From an uncultured bacterium (GTDB lineage: Bacteria; Lernaellota; Lernaellaia; Lernaellales; Lernaellaceae), in assembly GCA_964534375.1 (NCBI GenBank), contig CAZHPN010000011.1, positions 1 through 56,327 on the forward strand: DNA of 56,327 nucleotides, written 5' to 3'. Made by a program: the position numbers and the translations under genes. Each line of letters begins with the position of its first letter. The first letter of the stretch is position 1. Positions 53,379-56,327 of the stretch are shown here, in pieces. The notes beneath the pieces are model-generated. The model did no database searches. It was not told where the DNA came from and saw only the letters and a program-made list of their open reading frames with translations.

Positions 53379-54461
53379 TCACGAACGAATTCGCAGCACG
53401 CCGACGATGCCGAGCGCGCCGAACAGCATGTGCGGGCCCCAGGCGGCGACGATGACGGGCAAGGTGGCCGACCGCCCCAACGCCTGGCAGAAGCCCATGA
53501 CGATCCAATAGCCGACGCCGATCACCACGGCGACGCCGATGCCGAACGCGACGCCGCCCTGGCGGCCCGAACGCACGGCCCAGGGAATGCCGAGCAGGGC
53601 CATGATGACGGTGACCAGGGCGAAACTGATTTTGCTGTGCAGATCCACGGTGTAGCGGCGGACGTCGTAACCTTCGGCGCGCAGTTCGACGATATAGGCG
53701 CGCAATTCGCGAAAGCTCATCTGCTCCGGATCTTTCTTGTAGATTTTCAGTTCGTCCGGCGTTTCGGGGATCGGCAGCGGGGCCTCGGCGAATTTCGTCT
53801 CGGTGGCGAGTCGGCCGTTGTCGAAGGTGCGCCGCCAGCCTTCCAACCCGACCCAGGCCTTGTCGCGCCACTCAGCCCGCGCGGCGTCAAAGCGTTCGAC
53901 CAGGTTGAATTCGTCGTCGAGCCGGAAGATTTGCACGTTGTCGAGCCGGTTCACTTCCGGCCGGAAATTGGCGATGTGATAAATGGCGCCCGGGCTTTTG
54001 TACCACAAGTTGCGGTCGCGCAGCCGCGCCCGCCAGTCCTGCTTTTGGATATACACGGTCTGGATGTACTTCATTTTCGTGGTCGCGATCGGCACGGCGA
54101 ATTCATTGATCGCCAAGGCGGCCGTGGCCAGCACGCACGCCCAGAGCATGATCGGCGTCACGATCCGCGCGATCGAAACGCCGCCGGCTTTCATGGCCGT
54201 GATCTCGCTGTTGCGCGACATGATCGCCAGCATCAGCAGGGCCGCCAGCAGCGTCGAAACGGGCACGAGTTGGAAGATGATCGTCGGAATTTTGTACACG
54301 AAGTAGAGAATCACGTGGATCGTCTTGGGTTCGGTGCGATACATGCTGCCGGCGCGATCGATGAAGTCGAAGACCAGATACACCACGATCAGCGACGACA
54401 AACACAAGGCGAACAGCTTGAGGAACTCGCGCGAGACATAGCGGGAGATGATGCCGATCAA
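53379..54461 (-). CDS. lptG: LPS export ABC transporter permease LptG
   Basis: ISRYVSREF, RNSEITAMKAGGVS, PEQMSFREL, LLGIP, AAWGP; TTG start overlaps the lptF stop. Confidence 0.9.
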   Translation of the reverse strand: MIGIISRYVSREFLKLFALCLSSLIVVYLVFDFIDRAGSMYRTEPKTIHVILYFVYKIPTIIFQLVPVSTLLAALLMLAIMSRNSEITAMKAGGVSIARIVTPIMLWACVLATAALAINEFAVPIATTKMKYIQTVYIQKQDWRARLRDRNLWYKSPGAIYHIANFRPEVNRLDNVQIFRLDDEFNLVERFDAARAEWRDKAWVGLEGWRRTFDNGRLATETKFAEAPLPIPETPDELKIYKKDPEQMSFRELRAYIVELRAEGYDVRRYTVDLHSKISFALVTVIMALLGIPWAVRSGRQGGVAFGIGVAVVIGVGYWIVMGFCQALGRSATLPVIVAAWGPHMLFGALGIVGVLRIRS

Positions 54462-55666
54462 TGTCCGTCCCCCGCCGCGCGTTCGAAGCCCAATTTGACG
54501 CGCAGCCACTTGCCGGCGCGCGCGGAGAGATCGCCCAGCACGTCGAGAATCCAAATCGGCTGCTCGCCGGCTTTTTTGACCAGCAGATAAAAGCCGAAGA
54601 GCGTAATCGCGGCGATCGGCGTCCACATCGCGACGATCGGGTGCAGCACGCCCTTCCAACCCAGGTTCTCGCCCGAGCGGAACATCAGGTAAAAAATGCA
54701 CAACGAAACGATGGCGACGGAAAAGCCGCGGCTGCGGCCGGCGCGCGGCGGACTGATGCCCAGCGGCAGCCCGAGCAGGCCGAACGCCAGGCAGGCGAAA
54801 GGCATGGCGATGCGCCGGTGATATTCGACCCAGGCGCGGCGCATCTCGAACGAGTCGCCTTTCGCCTGCAACTCGCGCACGAGTTCCCTCAATTCCCACA
54901 TATTTTTTTCCAGGTACGTGGCTTCGCCCTGGTCCTGCCCTTGCTGCTTCATGTTCACGCGCGCCCAGTAGCGGCTGAATTGCACCGTCTCGTACACTTC
55001 CGGATGTTCGGGGTCGATGCGGTGGCCGACGCCGTCGTCGAATTCCATCATCATCGCCGCGACGCCGCCGCCTTCGCCCATGTGGCCTGACTTGGCGACG
55101 ACGATGAGCGGCGATTTGGTCTGGCGCTCGTCCGCCAGAAAGACGCCCTCCAACAGGCCTTGTTGCGGCGAAATGTGATGGACATAGAGCGTCATATTCT
55201 GCAGCGAGTCGTTGAAGACGTGCTCGACCAGGCCGACCGTGGCCTTTTCGCGGCCGAGGTCGTAGAGCATTTTCTTGAAATTCGCCTTGCCCCACGGATC
55301 GCCGAACAGCGACAACCACGCCGAGACCGCTGCCATGATCACGCTCAGCAACAAAACCGGCGGGTAGATCTGGTACAGGCTGACGCCGCCGGCCTTCATC
55401 GCCGTCAATTCGCTTTCCGACGACAGGCGGCTGGCCGCCATCAGCACCGACAGCAAAAAACTCATCGGAATCGTAAAAACAAAGAACGACGGAAAGATAT
55501 ACAGCAGGATGCGGCCGACGTCGCTCACGTCGACGCCGTAGGAGACGATCAACTCGGTCAACTTGAGCAATTGGAACATCAACAGGACGAAAGTCAGGAT
55601 CACCAGGCCGATGAAAAACGGCCCGAGGACCTCCATGAAAACGTAACGAAACAGAGTCTTCGTCAT
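54458..55666 (-). CDS. lptF: LPS export ABC transporter permease LptF
   Basis: LFRYVFMEVLGPF, RLSSESELTAMKAGGVS, EYHRRIAMPFACL. Confidence 0.92.
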   Translation of the reverse strand: MTKTLFRYVFMEVLGPFFIGLVILTFVLLMFQLLKLTELIVSYGVDVSDVGRILLYIFPSFFVFTIPMSFLLSVLMAASRLSSESELTAMKAGGVSLYQIYPPVLLLSVIMAAVSAWLSLFGDPWGKANFKKMLYDLGREKATVGLVEHVFNDSLQNMTLYVHHISPQQGLLEGVFLADERQTKSPLIVVAKSGHMGEGGGVAAMMMEFDDGVGHRIDPEHPEVYETVQFSRYWARVNMKQQGQDQGEATYLEKNMWELRELVRELQAKGDSFEMRRAWVEYHRRIAMPFACLAFGLLGLPLGISPPRAGRSRGFSVAIVSLCIFYLMFRSGENLGWKGVLHPIVAMWTPIAAITLFGFYLLVKKAGEQPIWILDVLGDLSARAGKWLRVKLGFERAAGDGH

Positions 55667-55711
55667 GGGGCGGCAGTTTAGTCGGTCGGCCTGCGAAACG
55701 CCAGTCGGCGG

Positions 55712-56327
55712 TCAGTAGCCGCCGTGCGACTCATAGCTGTCGAAACGCGTGATTTCGTCGCGGAAACTGAGCGGCACCGTGCCTGTGGGGCCGCTGCGCT
55801 GCTTGCCGATGATGAGTTCGGTCTTGTTCGGCTCTTCGGCCGCGTCGTTGTAAACCGAGTCGCGATAGAGAAACAAGATCAAATCGGCGTCTTGTTCGAG
55901 CGAGCCGGATTCGCGCAAGTCGGACGGCCGCGGCCGTTTGTCTTCCCGGCTTTCCAACTGGCGGTTGAGCTGCGAAAGCGCCATCACCGGGCATTCCAGT
56001 TCTTTGGCCAGCAACTTGAGGTGCCGGCTGAGATCGGCGATTTCGCGTTCGCGGCTGTCGTAGCTGCGCGCGCTGCGGATCATTTGAATGTAATCGACGA
56101 TGACCAGGCCGAGCGAGCCTTTTTCCGCGCGCAGCCGCCGCGCCTTGGCGCGGATCGTGTTGATGTTGACGGCGCCGCTGTCGTCCAGATAGAACGCGGC
56201 CTCGAGGATGCGGCTGGCCGCGTCGGTCAACTGCTTCATGTCGGGCTCGCCGAGTTGGCCCTTCATGACGCGGGCGATCGGCACGCCGCTCGGGCTGCAG
56301 AGAATCCGCAGGCCGATCTGCACCGCG
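55712..56327 (-). CDS. dnaB: replicative DNA helicase, C-terminal part (runs off the window)
   Basis: VIVDYIQ, LSQLNR, RPRPSDLRESGSLEQDADLI, IIGKQRSGPTG. Confidence 0.97.
   Translation of the reverse strand, partial: AVQIGLRILCSPSGVPIARVMKGQLGEPDMKQLTDAASRILEAAFYLDDSGAVNINTIRAKARRLRAEKGSLGLVIVDYIQMIRSARSYDSREREIADLSRHLKLLAKELECPVMALSQLNRQLESREDKRPRPSDLRESGSLEQDADLILFLYRDSVYNDAAEEPNKTELIIGKQRSGPTGTVPLSFRDEITRFDSYESHGGY

Overview
This is a GC-rich bacterial chromosome segment from a diderm (lptF/lptG, rnj, sigma-54 activator). Its style resembles deltaproteobacteria or Myxococcota; the DDDDNDD-rich lipoproteins recall Candidatus Lernaellota/Alcyoniella MAGs, an unverified recollection. The housekeeping backbone is ubiE/menG, ftsK, rnj, plsC, uvrA, pdxA, purC, lptG, lptF and the 3' part of dnaB, and a perfect parS site suggests the window is origin-proximal. 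Accessory content: (i) a glycan locus led by a sensor-less sigma-54 activator and a 1088-aa ATP-grasp/PHP/Cys-rich/GT4 fusion; (ii) a ~10 kb array of modular secreted proteins built from Asp-rich stalks, GACC..PNPC repeats and six DUF1566 domains, with a duplicated promoter/leader; (iii) two secreted proteins ending in an Asp-rich stalk plus GGCGC(G)-stop, the best candidate here for an undescribed C-terminal anchoring signal; (iv) a 1417-aa multi-GAF protein near an IS4-like remnant; (v) many small heptamer/nonamer inverted-repeat elements. No rRNA, tRNA, CRISPR array or reverse transcriptase was seen. All calls come from motif recognition by eye, with no database search, and several start codons were re-picked from the ORF track.
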